A stretch of DNA of 32,000 bases, from the NCBI RefSeq assembly GCF_000025925.1, contig NC_014033.1, positions 1,530,001 through 1,562,000 of the forward strand, in the 5' to 3' direction. Of the stretch, positions 23,467 to 32,000 are shown one piece after another; positions within the stretch are counted from its first letter, which is position 1, and every line of letters begins with the position of its first letter. Source of the stretch: Xylanibacter ruminicola 23 (GTDB taxonomy: Bacteria > Bacteroidota > Bacteroidia > Bacteroidales > Bacteroidaceae). The notes under the pieces are model-generated. The model did no database searches, was not told the DNA's origin, and was given only the letters and a program-made list of their open reading frames with translations. Both the position numbers and the translations under genes were made by a program.

Positions 23467-24630
23467 TTATTCATACCAATAGTAATACCAATAAGTACCA
23501 AAGTACTGGTCTTCTACCTTACCTTTCTGTTCCATTTTATTAGGATACTGGCGGCGCAGCTCGCGGAAGTTTTCGTAATCCTCGTCTAACACGGTGTTAC
23601 GATAAACAGCCACAGGCTTTGAACGCAGATGTCCATAGAGCACCAAGGCCTCGCGATAGTGCTTAGGCAGACTATCGTTCAGGGCGTAATACTTACCTAC
23701 CTCACCAGCAAATTTATCAATCTGCTTATCGATAAGATACCCCGACAACTGATAATCGGCTACCACCTTGCTGGGTACAGTATCCTTACACAACACATGG
23801 TGCTGCACCAACTCGAGATAATGCATGGGTTCCATCTGATAGGCAGGAGCTGCACCCATGAACTTATACACGCTGTCGACAGGATATAATAATAAGGTAG
23901 AATGTCCATCGGTAGGCAGAATGCTCTTACTGTTACCACACACCTTATACTCGAAGAGTTTATCGCCTATGGCGTCCTTACGAGCCAACGCCTGCATACG
24001 TAACATCACCAGATGCTCGTCGCACTCTAACGACTTTTTACCTGCGGCCAACGCGCCATCCACATCGCCCTCGAGCAAACAACGTTCTGCTCGCATACGA
24101 TAATGGAACACAGCATTGGTATTGCCGACACTAACCGTCAGAACCATAAGAAGTACCATGATAAGCAAGTTCATCCACATGGAACGCGACAGGATGTGGG
24201 GATTAGGATCATCGTCGAGCTCCTGCAGTTTGGTAAAGAAATAGGTGCATCCACCCCAAAGTAAGAGATAAACAATGATAAGCCACCACGAGAACATGTG
24301 CGTGATACCACCAGCTGGATCGGGCACAATATCAGTAAGCATGCCCAAAGCCAACATAGATGGGAAATAAGTAAGCGCATAAAAGCTCTTATTAAGGTGT
24401 GTTACCTTATGAATAAGGTGCTGGAGCAGATAAAGCACAAAGGTGATACCTACAGCACCAACCAAACGATTATAATGCGTAATACCATGACTGAGCACAT
24501 GCTGCGCCATCATCAGCAGATCGTTCTGGAAATAATACAACCAGCACCAAGAGAAGAGAATAAAAACGATAGCGCACACAACGCGTATGGTTATGGCGCT
24601 ACCTTCTTGTTTCTTTTTACGATAATTCAT
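23467..24630 (-). CDS. Polytopic membrane protein of unknown function with a soluble, helical-repeat-like C-terminal half
   Basis: 387-aa ORF. The first ~165 aa contain about five hydrophobic helices (VVCAIVFILFSWCWLYYF, VGAVGITFVLYLL, YFPSMLALGML, WWLIIVYLLLWGG, LLIMVLLMVLTVSV). A soluble domain follows (RAERCLLEGDVDGALAAGKKSLE...). It starts 3 nt after the glgB stop. Confidence 0.5.
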   Translation of the reverse strand: MNYRKKKQEGSAITIRVVCAIVFILFSWCWLYYFQNDLLMMAQHVLSHGITHYNRLVGAVGITFVLYLLQHLIHKVTHLNKSFYALTYFPSMLALGMLTDIVPDPAGGITHMFSWWLIIVYLLLWGGCTYFFTKLQELDDDPNPHILSRSMWMNLLIMVLLMVLTVSVGNTNAVFHYRMRAERCLLEGDVDGALAAGKKSLECDEHLVMLRMQALARKDAIGDKLFEYKVCGNSKSILPTDGHSTLLLYPVDSVYKFMGAAPAYQMEPMHYLELVQHHVLCKDTVPSKVVADYQLSGYLIDKQIDKFAGEVGKYYALNDSLPKHYREALVLYGHLRSKPVAVYRNTVLDEDYENFRELRRQYPNKMEQKGKVEDQYFGTYWYYYWYE

Positions 24631-24633
24631 ATT

Positions 24634-26718
24634 TTAAATTTTCTTCAACACAACGGCTGAACGAGCCGGGATATAGAGTTTAAGCCACTCCTTATGATCG
24701 GCCACATAAAGCGGATCGTAGTTTGTGAAGTGGGTAACGGTGTCGTCGGCAAAGCCGTTGCCACCAAAGTCTTTCGAATCGGTATTCAGAACCACCTTAT
24801 ACGAACCGGTGGGAACTAGGAAGCCATAATCGGTATAGCTACGTGTGGGCGAGAAGTTGAACACAAATACCAAGTCGCCACGCATAAAGCAGAGCACCTG
24901 GTCGCCATCATCGTGCCATATCTCAGTAACAGGTGTAGCCTGGAAGTTGCGCACGCTCTTAATCACCTTCAGCATCTCGCGATCAAAGTCGCCCAGCCAA
25001 TGGTAGCAAAGGTCCTTGTTATCTACCAGATTCCACTGACGGCGTGCGTACTTATAACTCCAACCATTACCCTCGCGTGGGAAGTCGATCCACTCTGGAT
25101 GTCCGAACTCATTACCCATAAAGTTCAGGTAGCCACCATTAATGGCAGCAACGGTAACCAAGCGGATCATCTTATGCAGGGCAATACCGCGCTGGGCAAT
25201 ATCGTTCACATCCTTCTTAGCAAAGTGCCAATACATATCGGCGTCAATCAAACGGAAGATAATGGTCTTATCGCCAACAAGTGCCTGGTCGTGACTCTCG
25301 CAGTACGAGATAGTCTTCTCATCAGGACGGCGATTCTTAACCTCCCAGAAGATTGAGCACACATTGATATCCTCATCGCGCACCTCTTTAATCGTCTTAA
25401 TCCAGTAATCAGGGATGTTCATGGCCATACGATAGTCGAATCCATATCCACCATCCTCGAACTTAGCTGCGAGGCCGGGCATACCTGATACCTCTTCGGC
25501 GATGGTGATAGCGGCAGGATTTACCTCGTGTATCAGCTTGTTGGCCAAGGTGAGATAACAGATGGCGTTATCATCCTCGTGACCATTAAAGTAATCACCA
25601 TAACCACCAAAGGCCTCACCCAAACCATGCGAGTAGTAAAGCATAGAGGTAACGCCATCAAAGCGGAAACCATCGAACTTAAACTCCTCGAGCCAGTATT
25701 TGCAGTTAGAGAGCAGGAAATGCAGCACCTCGTCCTTACCATAATCGAAACAGAGCGAATCCCATGCCGGATGCTCGTGACGATCGCCTGGATAGAAGAA
25801 CTGATTAGGATCGCCAGCAAGATTGCCAAGACCTTCAACCTCGTTCTTAACAGCATGCGAATGCACGATATCCATAATAACTGCCACACCATTCTTATGA
25901 GCAGTATCAATAAGCTCCTTCAACTCCTCTGGAGTACCAAAACGACTACTTGGAGCAAAGAATGATGATACGTGATAGCCGAACGAACCGTAATAAGGAT
26001 GCTCCTGAATGGCCATTACCTGAATGCAGTTATAACCATCCTTGATAACGCGTGGCAACACATTATCCTTAAACTCCTTATAGGTACCAACCTTCTCGGC
26101 ATCCTGTCCCATACCTACATGGCACTCGTAAATGAGCAAGGGGTTCTTCTTGGGTTTGAAGTTCTTTTTCTTGAACTCGTATTTCTCCTCAGGATTCCAT
26201 ACCTGAGCTGAGAAAATCTTTGTATTCTCGTCCTGAACCACACGACGGCACCAAGCGGGAATACGCTCGCCTTCTCCCCCATTCCACTTTACCTTCATCT
26301 TGTAAAGCTGACCGTGCTTCAGGGCCTTTTCGCTGAGTTTCAACTCCCAGTTGCCCGTACCCTCGATACGCTTGCAACGGTACTTCTCGTTCTCCTGCCA
26401 GTTATTAAAGTCGCCAATCAGATAGATATCGGTAGCGTTAGGAGCCCACTCACGGAACACCCAACCTTTTGACAACTTATGCAGACCAAAATAAAGATGA
26501 CCAGAAGCAAACTGACTCAGCGTTTTCTTGCCATTCTGTGTGAGCTGGTTCATCTTCCAAACAGCATGGTCGTGACGGCCACGGATAGCTCCCTCGAAAG
26601 GTTCCAACCACGAGTCATTACGTACCAAGCCGATATGTTCAGGCTGTGTAGGAGCAGCTTTCTTGGCCGAGGTCTTTTTGGCTGCCGGTTTCTTGACAGA
26701 TTGTTTCTTTGTTTCCAT
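24634..26718 (-). CDS. glgB: 1,4-alpha-glucan branching enzyme (GH13, eukaryote-like type)
   Basis: 694-aa ORF with GH13 conserved regions VIMDIVHSH, GFRFDGVTSM, IAEEVSG and YCESHDQALVGDK. The first ~28 residues form a Lys/Ala-rich tail. Confidence 0.85.
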   Translation of the reverse strand: METKKQSVKKPAAKKTSAKKAAPTQPEHIGLVRNDSWLEPFEGAIRGRHDHAVWKMNQLTQNGKKTLSQFASGHLYFGLHKLSKGWVFREWAPNATDIYLIGDFNNWQENEKYRCKRIEGTGNWELKLSEKALKHGQLYKMKVKWNGGEGERIPAWCRRVVQDENTKIFSAQVWNPEEKYEFKKKNFKPKKNPLLIYECHVGMGQDAEKVGTYKEFKDNVLPRVIKDGYNCIQVMAIQEHPYYGSFGYHVSSFFAPSSRFGTPEELKELIDTAHKNGVAVIMDIVHSHAVKNEVEGLGNLAGDPNQFFYPGDRHEHPAWDSLCFDYGKDEVLHFLLSNCKYWLEEFKFDGFRFDGVTSMLYYSHGLGEAFGGYGDYFNGHEDDNAICYLTLANKLIHEVNPAAITIAEEVSGMPGLAAKFEDGGYGFDYRMAMNIPDYWIKTIKEVRDEDINVCSIFWEVKNRRPDEKTISYCESHDQALVGDKTIIFRLIDADMYWHFAKKDVNDIAQRGIALHKMIRLVTVAAINGGYLNFMGNEFGHPEWIDFPREGNGWSYKYARRQWNLVDNKDLCYHWLGDFDREMLKVIKSVRNFQATPVTEIWHDDGDQVLCFMRGDLVFVFNFSPTRSYTDYGFLVPTGSYKVVLNTDSKDFGGNGFADDTVTHFTNYDPLYVADHKEWLKLYIPARSAVVLKKI

Positions 26719-26751
26719 AGTTATTGTATTTATTATTTTGCTTTTAATGTT

Positions 26752-27198
26752 TTATGCCTTAACCTTGAAAATAGCTTTCTTGATTTCAGGCTGGTTGATG
26801 ATGCAAGGGGCATGACCATCTTGCGGAAAGAAGATGACGAACTGGCCAGGTTTAACCGTTACATAGGTCTGAGCCTTGGTGTCGCCATACTTGGTAATAT
26901 CCTTTTCGGCATTATACTCAAAATCGGGCAGATCGCACAAAGGGGTATAGCCGAATGTTTCTTCACAGGTGATAGGAATCTGGATATCAATCATCTCGAT
27001 ATGTGTTTCGAGAACTGCAGCCTCTTGGGTTTTGCCCTTAGCCACCTGAATATTTACAAACAGATCCTTATCCTTGATGAAGTGCTTACCCTCTTCTATA
27101 GCCTGAAAATCATTGTTTTTCAGGAACTCAACCACATCGGCAAACAACGGATTAAGTGCTACGTATTTGCCCAGATTCTCAATTGTATCAATAATCAT
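26752..27198 (-). CDS. YhcH/YjgK/YiaL-family (DUF386) cupin-like protein
   Basis: 148-aa ORF. MIIDTIENLGKYVALNPLF ... ETHIEMIDIQIPI ... FVIFFPQDGHAP is characteristic of the family. Confidence 0.7.
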   Translation of the reverse strand: MIIDTIENLGKYVALNPLFADVVEFLKNNDFQAIEEGKHFIKDKDLFVNIQVAKGKTQEAAVLETHIEMIDIQIPITCEETFGYTPLCDLPDFEYNAEKDITKYGDTKAQTYVTVKPGQFVIFFPQDGHAPCIINQPEIKKAIFKVKA

Positions 27199-27224
27199 AA
27201 TCAGTAAAATATTTAAGTTGTTTG

Positions 27225-28343
27225 TTACTTTAATTGTCTGTGTCCACGGGTATAGGTACCTTGAGCCGTTACCTTACCATTACGGTCTTTTTCAACAAAG
27301 TTGCCATCACGCACATCGTCGAGATAGGTGCCTTCGAAACGATTGCCATCTTTATCCTCCTCGATAGCCGCACCGTTACGTCGACCGTTCTTGAAAATAC
27401 CTTTGAATTTAGAGCCGTCGGCAAAACGGGCAATGCACTCGCCATTGGGCTGACCAGCCTTAAAGGTCCCCTCAACAGTATCGCCGCTCTTCTTGGTAAG
27501 CTTACCACGACCATCCTGTTTATCGGCCTTCCACTGACCCACATAGGTATCGCCATTCTGCCATACCAGCGTACCCTGACCTTGCTTATCGCCCTTAAAG
27601 AACTGACCAGTATAAACATCGCCATTGGCATACTTAAAAATGCCCTGACCAGTACGCTCACCTTTTACGTAGTCGCCCTCGTAAACGTCGCCGTTCTGGA
27701 ACTTATAGATGCCACGACCGTTCATCTCGTCATCGGTCCAAGGACCAATATACACATCGCCGCCAGCATACTTGAAAGTACCTTTACCCGAGCGCATATT
27801 CTCTTTCCAATCGCCATCATAAACAGAGCCATCGCCCCAGTCGTAGATGCCTTTGCCGTTCTTTTTATCGTTCAACCAATCGCCTTTGTAGAAAGCGCCA
27901 CTAGCAAAAGTATAGGTTCCAAAGCCCGAACGCTTGTCCTGTCGCCATTCGCCGTCATACTTATCGCCGTTATAGTAGTACATTACACCATGGCCCTGCT
28001 GATAATCGCGGAACCACAAACCATCGTAACGATTGTTATTTGCGAAGTAATATGTTCCCTTACCATGTTGCTGATCCTGAAACCACTCGCCCTCGTACTT
28101 TTCGCCATCAAAAAAAGTAAAAATACCAAAACCCTGACGCTTACCTTTAACGTATTCACCCTCGTAAAGATTACCATTCTTATACACAGCCTTACCTTTA
28201 CCATTGGGTTTACCCATGACCATTTCGCCCTGATATTCGCCACCATCCTTTGTTGTGGCCGAGCCGAGTGTTATCTTCTGTGCTCCTGCAGTAAAAGGCA
28301 GAAACATTGTGAGTGCAATTATCGAAAGTTTGTTTATATTCAT
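27225..28343 (-). CDS. Secreted MORN-repeat protein (about 14 repeats)
   Basis: The signal peptide is MNINKLSIIALTMFLPFTAGAQK. It is followed by back-to-back Y-x-G-[ED]-[WY]-x-x-[GD]-x-x-x-G-x-G units across the whole protein. I place the start at the ATG at 28341-28343, because the track start (28373) lies inside the -7 box. Confidence 0.85.
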   Translation of the reverse strand: MNINKLSIIALTMFLPFTAGAQKITLGSATTKDGGEYQGEMVMGKPNGKGKAVYKNGNLYEGEYVKGKRQGFGIFTFFDGEKYEGEWFQDQQHGKGTYYFANNNRYDGLWFRDYQQGHGVMYYYNGDKYDGEWRQDKRSGFGTYTFASGAFYKGDWLNDKKNGKGIYDWGDGSVYDGDWKENMRSGKGTFKYAGGDVYIGPWTDDEMNGRGIYKFQNGDVYEGDYVKGERTGQGIFKYANGDVYTGQFFKGDKQGQGTLVWQNGDTYVGQWKADKQDGRGKLTKKSGDTVEGTFKAGQPNGECIARFADGSKFKGIFKNGRRNGAAIEEDKDGNRFEGTYLDDVRDGNFVEKDRNGKVTAQGTYTRGHRQLK

Positions 28344-28370
28344 TTGTAATACTATCCTTGTTTTAGTGCG

Positions 28371-28402
28371 CAAATTTAAATAAAAAAATTGATGTGCGCA
28401 AA
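28371..28402 (-). promoter_or_regulatory. Bacteroidota-type promoter for the MORN/yhcH/glgB/membrane-protein operon
   Basis: Read on the minus strand: TTTG (complement of 28399-28402), a 20-nt spacer, then TAAATTTG (complement of 28371-28378). This lies 28 nt upstream of the ATG at 28343. Confidence 0.55.
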
Positions 28403-28442
28403 TTACACAGCCATATATTAATATAATTTTTCACTTTTAAAA

Positions 28443-28474
28443 TTTGGTTTTCTTCTCACTTATTCGTAATTTTG
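28443..28474 (+). promoter_or_regulatory. Bacteroidota-type promoter for kdsB
   Basis: TTTG at 28443-28446, a 20-nt spacer, then TAATTTTG at 28467-28474. The ATG follows only 8 nt later. Confidence 0.6.
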
Positions 28475-28482
28475 CACCCGTT

Positions 28483-29229
28483 ATGAAGTTTATGGCTATT
28501 ATTCCTGCCCGTTATGCTTCTACAAGATATCCGGGCAAACCGCTTGCAATACTGGGCGGAAAATCAGTGATTCAGAGAGTGTATGAGCAGGTGAAGAGCG
28601 TGCTCGACGAAGTATATGTAGCAACCGACGACCAGCGTATTTTCGACGCTGTAACAGCATTTGGTGGCCAAGCAGTGATGACCCGTGCCGACCATAAGAG
28701 TGGTACCGACCGCATCGAAGAGGCTGCCGAGAAAATCGGCTCGGATGCTGATGTAATCATCAATGTACAGGGCGACGAACCATTTATCCAGCCCTCGCAG
28801 ATTGAAACCTTGATGCACCTTTTTGATGCACCAGAGACTCAGATTGGTACATTGGGAAAGTTGTTCGAATCGATCGAAGCAATAGAGAATCCCAATTCGC
28901 CAAAGATTGTGACCGACAATCGCGGATTTGCACTCTACTTTAGTCGTAGTGTGATACCTTATATCCGAGGCAAGGAGCGTAACGAGTGGTTTGGCGAATA
29001 CCCATTCCTGAAACACTTGGGAATCTACGCTTATCGCCGTGAGGTTTTGGCCGAAGTAACAAAATTGCCCCAAAGCAGTCTGGAAAAAGCAGAGAGCCTG
29101 GAGCAATTACGTTGGTTACAGAACGGCTACCGCATCCGTGTGGGCATGACCGATATCGAAACTGTTGGTATCGACACCCCAGAGGATCTGACCCGCGCCG
29201 AAGAATTCTTACTGAAGCATCTGGCGTAA
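28483..29229 (+). CDS. kdsB: 3-deoxy-manno-octulosonate cytidylyltransferase (CMP-KDO synthetase)
   Basis: The ORF aligns with E. coli KdsB: AIIPARYASTRYPGKPL, VATDD, MTRADHKSGTDR, INVQGDEPF, ALYFSRS, FLKHLGIYAYR, LEQLRWL, GIDTPEDL. I place the start at the ATG at 28483 (248 aa). The track's TTG start at 28444 lies upstream of the promoter boxes. Confidence 0.92.
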   Translation: MKFMAIIPARYASTRYPGKPLAILGGKSVIQRVYEQVKSVLDEVYVATDDQRIFDAVTAFGGQAVMTRADHKSGTDRIEEAAEKIGSDADVIINVQGDEPFIQPSQIETLMHLFDAPETQIGTLGKLFESIEAIENPNSPKIVTDNRGFALYFSRSVIPYIRGKERNEWFGEYPFLKHLGIYAYRREVLAEVTKLPQSSLEKAESLEQLRWLQNGYRIRVGMTDIETVGIDTPEDLTRAEEFLLKHLA

Positions 29230-29892
29230 AAGATCCTTCTGACGTTCTGTAAGATTTGTTGGAAGTTTTACCTGATAGGTAATGATAAGGTCACCAAAGG
29301 TGCCATCGCCCCTATCATACCCTTTACCACGCAGTCGGACCTTAGTGCCTGGCTGCGTTTCCGGTTTAATCTTCAGCTTCAATTTCTGACCGTTCGACAG
29401 AGTTACAATCACCTCGCCACCTAACATGGCAGTGTAAAGATCTATCGTAACGTTAGCATTCATTTCGCCGCTATGTGTTCGGGCCTGGCGACCGCCGCCA
29501 AAACCTTGGAACCCACCAAAGCCTCCGCCTTGCTGACCTTTGCGACCAAACAGATCCTCGAAGAACGACGAGAAGCCACCTCCACCTTGGAAGCCGCTAA
29601 AGTCGAAACCACCAAACGGATTGCCGCCGCCCTGACCGCCACCTCCAAATCCTTGGAACTGTTCGGCCTCGCGCCACTTCTCACCATACTGGTCGTACTT
29701 CTTACGTTTCTCAGGATCACCAATCACATCATAAGCCTCCTGCAAGGCCTGGAACTTAGCCTGAGCCTTGGGGTCATCAGGATGCAAATCGGGATGAAAC
29801 TGCTTAGCACGTTTCAGATAGGCCTTCTTTACATCCTTCTGCGCAATTGTTTTATCTACGCCTAAAATCTTGTAATAATCAATAAATGCCAT
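29209..29892 (-). CDS. DnaJ-domain co-chaperone without a zinc finger (CbpA-like)
   Basis: 227-aa ORF. The J-domain is DYYKILGV...AYLKRAKQFHPDLHPDD...AYDVIGDPEKRKKYD, with an HPD motif. A Gly/Phe-rich linker and a DnaJ C-terminal beta domain follow. It overlaps the kdsB 3' end by 21 bp. Confidence 0.8.
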   Translation of the reverse strand: MAFIDYYKILGVDKTIAQKDVKKAYLKRAKQFHPDLHPDDPKAQAKFQALQEAYDVIGDPEKRKKYDQYGEKWREAEQFQGFGGGGQGGGNPFGGFDFSGFQGGGGFSSFFEDLFGRKGQQGGGFGGFQGFGGGRQARTHSGEMNANVTIDLYTAMLGGEVIVTLSNGQKLKLKIKPETQPGTKVRLRGKGYDRGDGTFGDLIITYQVKLPTNLTERQKDLLRQMLQ

Positions 29893-29967
29893 TATCTTAT
29901 CCTCCTATTTTTTCAACTTTTCCAGCAAAAAATGTGCCAAACAAAATACAAAATAATCGAATAAATA

Positions 29968-29999
29968 TTTGGGCATATCAACTTATTTATGTAATTTTG
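29968..29999 (+). promoter_or_regulatory. Bacteroidota-type promoter for the 5'-nucleotidase gene
   Basis: TTTG at 29968-29971, a 20-nt spacer, then TAATTTTG at 29992-29999. This lies 22 nt upstream of the ATG at 30021. Confidence 0.6.
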
Positions 30000-30020
30000 C
30001 AAACAAAAAGAAGAATATTG

Positions 30021-31787
30021 ATGAAAAAGCTTGCTATCATACTGATTTCCACACTGTTATCAGTGGCGCCCATCGAGGCAAAAGACAATAAGACCGTAAA
30101 AATTAAGGTGATTGAAACCAGCGATGTGCATGGACATTTTTTCCCCTACGACTTTATGGAGCAGACACCCATCAAGGGTACACTTTCGCGCGCAAACACC
30201 TATATCAAAAAGCAGCGTAAAAAGTATGGCGAGGATCATTTCCTGCTGATAGATAATGGCGACATCCTGCAAGGTCAGCCTTGCGTATATTGGTCGAACT
30301 ATGTGATGCCCGAGGATGAAAACATCGCAGCTTCGGTTATCAACTATATGAAATACGATGCCGAAACCGTAGGTAATCACGACATCGAGCCTGGCCACAA
30401 GGTTTACGACAAGTGGATTCGCGAGGTTCGCTGTCCATTGCTGGGCGCCAACATCGTTAAAGAGGAATACAAGAACGCAGAGGCCCGTCCTGAGCATATC
30501 TATACAGGACTGAAGCCCTACTCTGTACATTACAAAGATGGTGTTAAGATTGTAGTTATCGGCATGATCACCCCCGCCATTCCAAACTGGCTGAACAAAT
30601 CCATCTGGAAAGGTCTGGAGTTCGAGGAGATGACCGCATGCGCCAAGAAATGGATTAAGTATGTAAAGGAGAACGAGAAACCCGATTTGATTTTCGGTTT
30701 GTTCCACTCTGGTCTGAACGGTGGTATTAAAACGGCTGAATACGAGGAAGATGCAACAGAATCAGTAGCCCGCGAGGTTCCTGGTTTCGACATTATCTTC
30801 TTTGGTCACGACCACCAGGTACACAACATGCTGATTACCAACAAAGCTGGCGAAAAGGTGCTTTGTGTAGATCCCTCGTGCTATGTAAACAACGTGGCTG
30901 AAGCAGAGATTACGCTGACATACAAGGATGGCAAGCTTAGCAAGAAAAGCATTATCGGTAACATTGTAAATGTGCGCGACGAGAAGATCGACAAGCAGAT
31001 GATTACCTACTTCCAGCCTACCATCGATAAGGTTAAGGAATACGTGAGTCAGAAGATTGGATACTTTAAGAATCCTATCTACACCCGCGAGAGTTTCTTT
31101 GGCAACTCGGCTTTTACAGATTTGATTCACAATCTGCAGATGAGCATCTCGAAAGCCGACATATCGTTCAACGCCCCCTTGGCTTTCGATACCACCATCG
31201 ATGCCGGCGAGGTTACACAGGCCGATATGTTTAAGCTGTATCGCTTTGAGAACCTGCTGTTTGTACTCAAGATGACTGGCGAGGAAATCAGAAAACACCT
31301 GGAGTTCTCGTACGATATGTGGTGTAACACTATGACATCGCCCAACGACCACGCATTGCGTTTAAACGATGATTCAAAGGAAGACCAGCAGCGTACAGGA
31401 TTCCAATACTACACCTTTAATTTCGACTCGGCTTGCGGTATCGACTACGAGGTTGATCTGACCAAGCCCGACGGACAGAAGGTAAGAATTCTGCGCATGT
31501 CGAACGGTGAGCCATTCGACGAGAAGAAGTGGTATAAGGTAGTAATGAACAGCTATCGCGCCAATGGCGGTGGCGAGTTGCTGACTCGTGGCGCAGGTAT
31601 CCCACAGGATTCGCTCGAGAGTCGTGTGCTCTTCCACACCGAACTGGATCAGCGCCACTATCTGACAGAAGAGATCAAACGTTTGGGTACTATCGACCCA
31701 CAGAAGAATAACAACTGGAAGTTTGTGCCCGAGGCATGGGTAAAACCAGCCCTCGAGAGAGACCGTAAACAACTGTTTGAAAAATGA
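30021..31787 (+). CDS. Secreted bifunctional metallophosphatase / 5'-nucleotidase (UshA/CpdB-like)
   Basis: The signal peptide is MKKLAIILISTLLSVAPIEA. Calcineurin-like metallophosphatase motifs are present (TSDVHGH, DNGDILQG, GNHD, FGHDH), and a C-terminal 5'-nucleotidase domain (NSYRANGGG). I place the start at the ATG at 30021, because the track extension from 29886 covers the promoter. Confidence 0.8.
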   Translation: MKKLAIILISTLLSVAPIEAKDNKTVKIKVIETSDVHGHFFPYDFMEQTPIKGTLSRANTYIKKQRKKYGEDHFLLIDNGDILQGQPCVYWSNYVMPEDENIAASVINYMKYDAETVGNHDIEPGHKVYDKWIREVRCPLLGANIVKEEYKNAEARPEHIYTGLKPYSVHYKDGVKIVVIGMITPAIPNWLNKSIWKGLEFEEMTACAKKWIKYVKENEKPDLIFGLFHSGLNGGIKTAEYEEDATESVAREVPGFDIIFFGHDHQVHNMLITNKAGEKVLCVDPSCYVNNVAEAEITLTYKDGKLSKKSIIGNIVNVRDEKIDKQMITYFQPTIDKVKEYVSQKIGYFKNPIYTRESFFGNSAFTDLIHNLQMSISKADISFNAPLAFDTTIDAGEVTQADMFKLYRFENLLFVLKMTGEEIRKHLEFSYDMWCNTMTSPNDHALRLNDDSKEDQQRTGFQYYTFNFDSACGIDYEVDLTKPDGQKVRILRMSNGEPFDEKKWYKVVMNSYRANGGGELLTRGAGIPQDSLESRVLFHTELDQRHYLTEEIKRLGTIDPQKNNNWKFVPEAWVKPALERDRKQLFEK

Positions 31788-32000
31788 AACAACATTATTT
31801 CGTATTCTGTAAAGAAGACTTATTGTTAGAAAAAACCGCAGATGGCGGATATACCATTCCCTTTCAGGAAGAACCACCCACCGAGGTAAAACCTTGGACC
31901 AACGTAATGACCGTTACCCCGCTGGATGGCGTTGAGGTAAAAACATATAAGATAGACAGTCCGGTTTGCGACGACCCACGCTACGAGATGTGCGGCCTGC
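31784..32000 (+). CDS. Probable NUDIX hydrolase (NADH pyrophosphatase-like), N-terminal fragment (partial; continues past the window end)
   Basis: The frame is open from the ATG at 31784 to the window end: MKQHYFVFCKEDLLLEKTADGGYTIPFQEEPPTEVKPWTNVMTVTPLDGVEVKTYKIDSPVCDDPRYEMCGL. The ATG overlaps the previous stop as ATGA. The N-terminal pattern resembles NudC-like proteins, but the Nudix box is outside the window. Confidence 0.45.
   Translation, partial: MKQHYFVFCKEDLLLEKTADGGYTIPFQEEPPTEVKPWTNVMTVTPLDGVEVKTYKIDSPVCDDPRYEMCGL

Noticed and set aside
27234-28349. A 371-aa ORF on the + strand, the longest unexplained ORF in the track.
   Set aside because: It is the exact antisense of the MORN-repeat gene. 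Its translation is low-complexity (I/L/T/A/V runs) with no motif. It has no promoter box or plausible start context. Long stop-free antisense frames are expected opposite highly periodic Gly/Asp/Lys-rich repeat coding.
1-32000. A search for a defence island, mobile element or prophage: integrase, transposase, restriction-modification, toxin-antitoxin, Cas, abortive-infection ATPases or nucleases, tRNA insertion sites, and compositional breaks.
   Set aside because: None was found. Every ORF above 100 aa is accounted for by housekeeping, transport, signalling or conserved hypothetical functions. Composition and promoter style look uniform across the window. The candidate novel modules reported are signalling or regulatory, not defence.

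Overview
This is a compact, mostly housekeeping chromosomal region that starts inside dnaA. It looks like a Bacteroidota genome (Prevotella/Bacteroides-like), for three reasons: most operon starts carry the -33 TTTG / -7 TAnnTTTG promoter pattern, there are no Shine-Dalgarno sites, and the gene content fits (KdsB, a SPOR amidase, a DUF4494-like protein, a MORN protein). I call 29 protein-coding genes, two of them partial at the window edges. Intergenic space is very short, and three gene pairs overlap as ATGA (stop and start sharing 4 bases).

I found no rRNA, tRNA, CRISPR array, transposase, integrase, phage gene, restriction-modification gene, toxin-antitoxin pair or recognisable defence gene. 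I therefore cannot support the presence of an accessory island or defence system here.

The items most worth a second look are:
- A translationally coupled pair of Cache sensors at 9172-12584. One is a complete histidine kinase. The other is a paralogue with the phospho-acceptor His replaced by Asp and no ATPase domain. No response regulator is nearby, and the pair sits directly upstream of an EIIC-kduI-exuT uronate cluster.
- A membrane-anchored predicted pseudokinase at 16059-17348, coupled to a DUF4494-like protein and YggS.
- A stand-alone protein at 3502-4188 that resembles only the C-terminal part of class II ribonucleotide reductase.
- 7-bp TTAATST tandem arrays that bracket folB and contain its start and stop codons. 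Related A-rich repeats precede the three genes in the window that appear to need a non-ATG (TTG) start.
- A roughly 100-bp nested palindromic repeat present at two convergent gene junctions, with one compensatory stem change between the copies.

All functional calls rest on motif recognition by eye. No database search was run.
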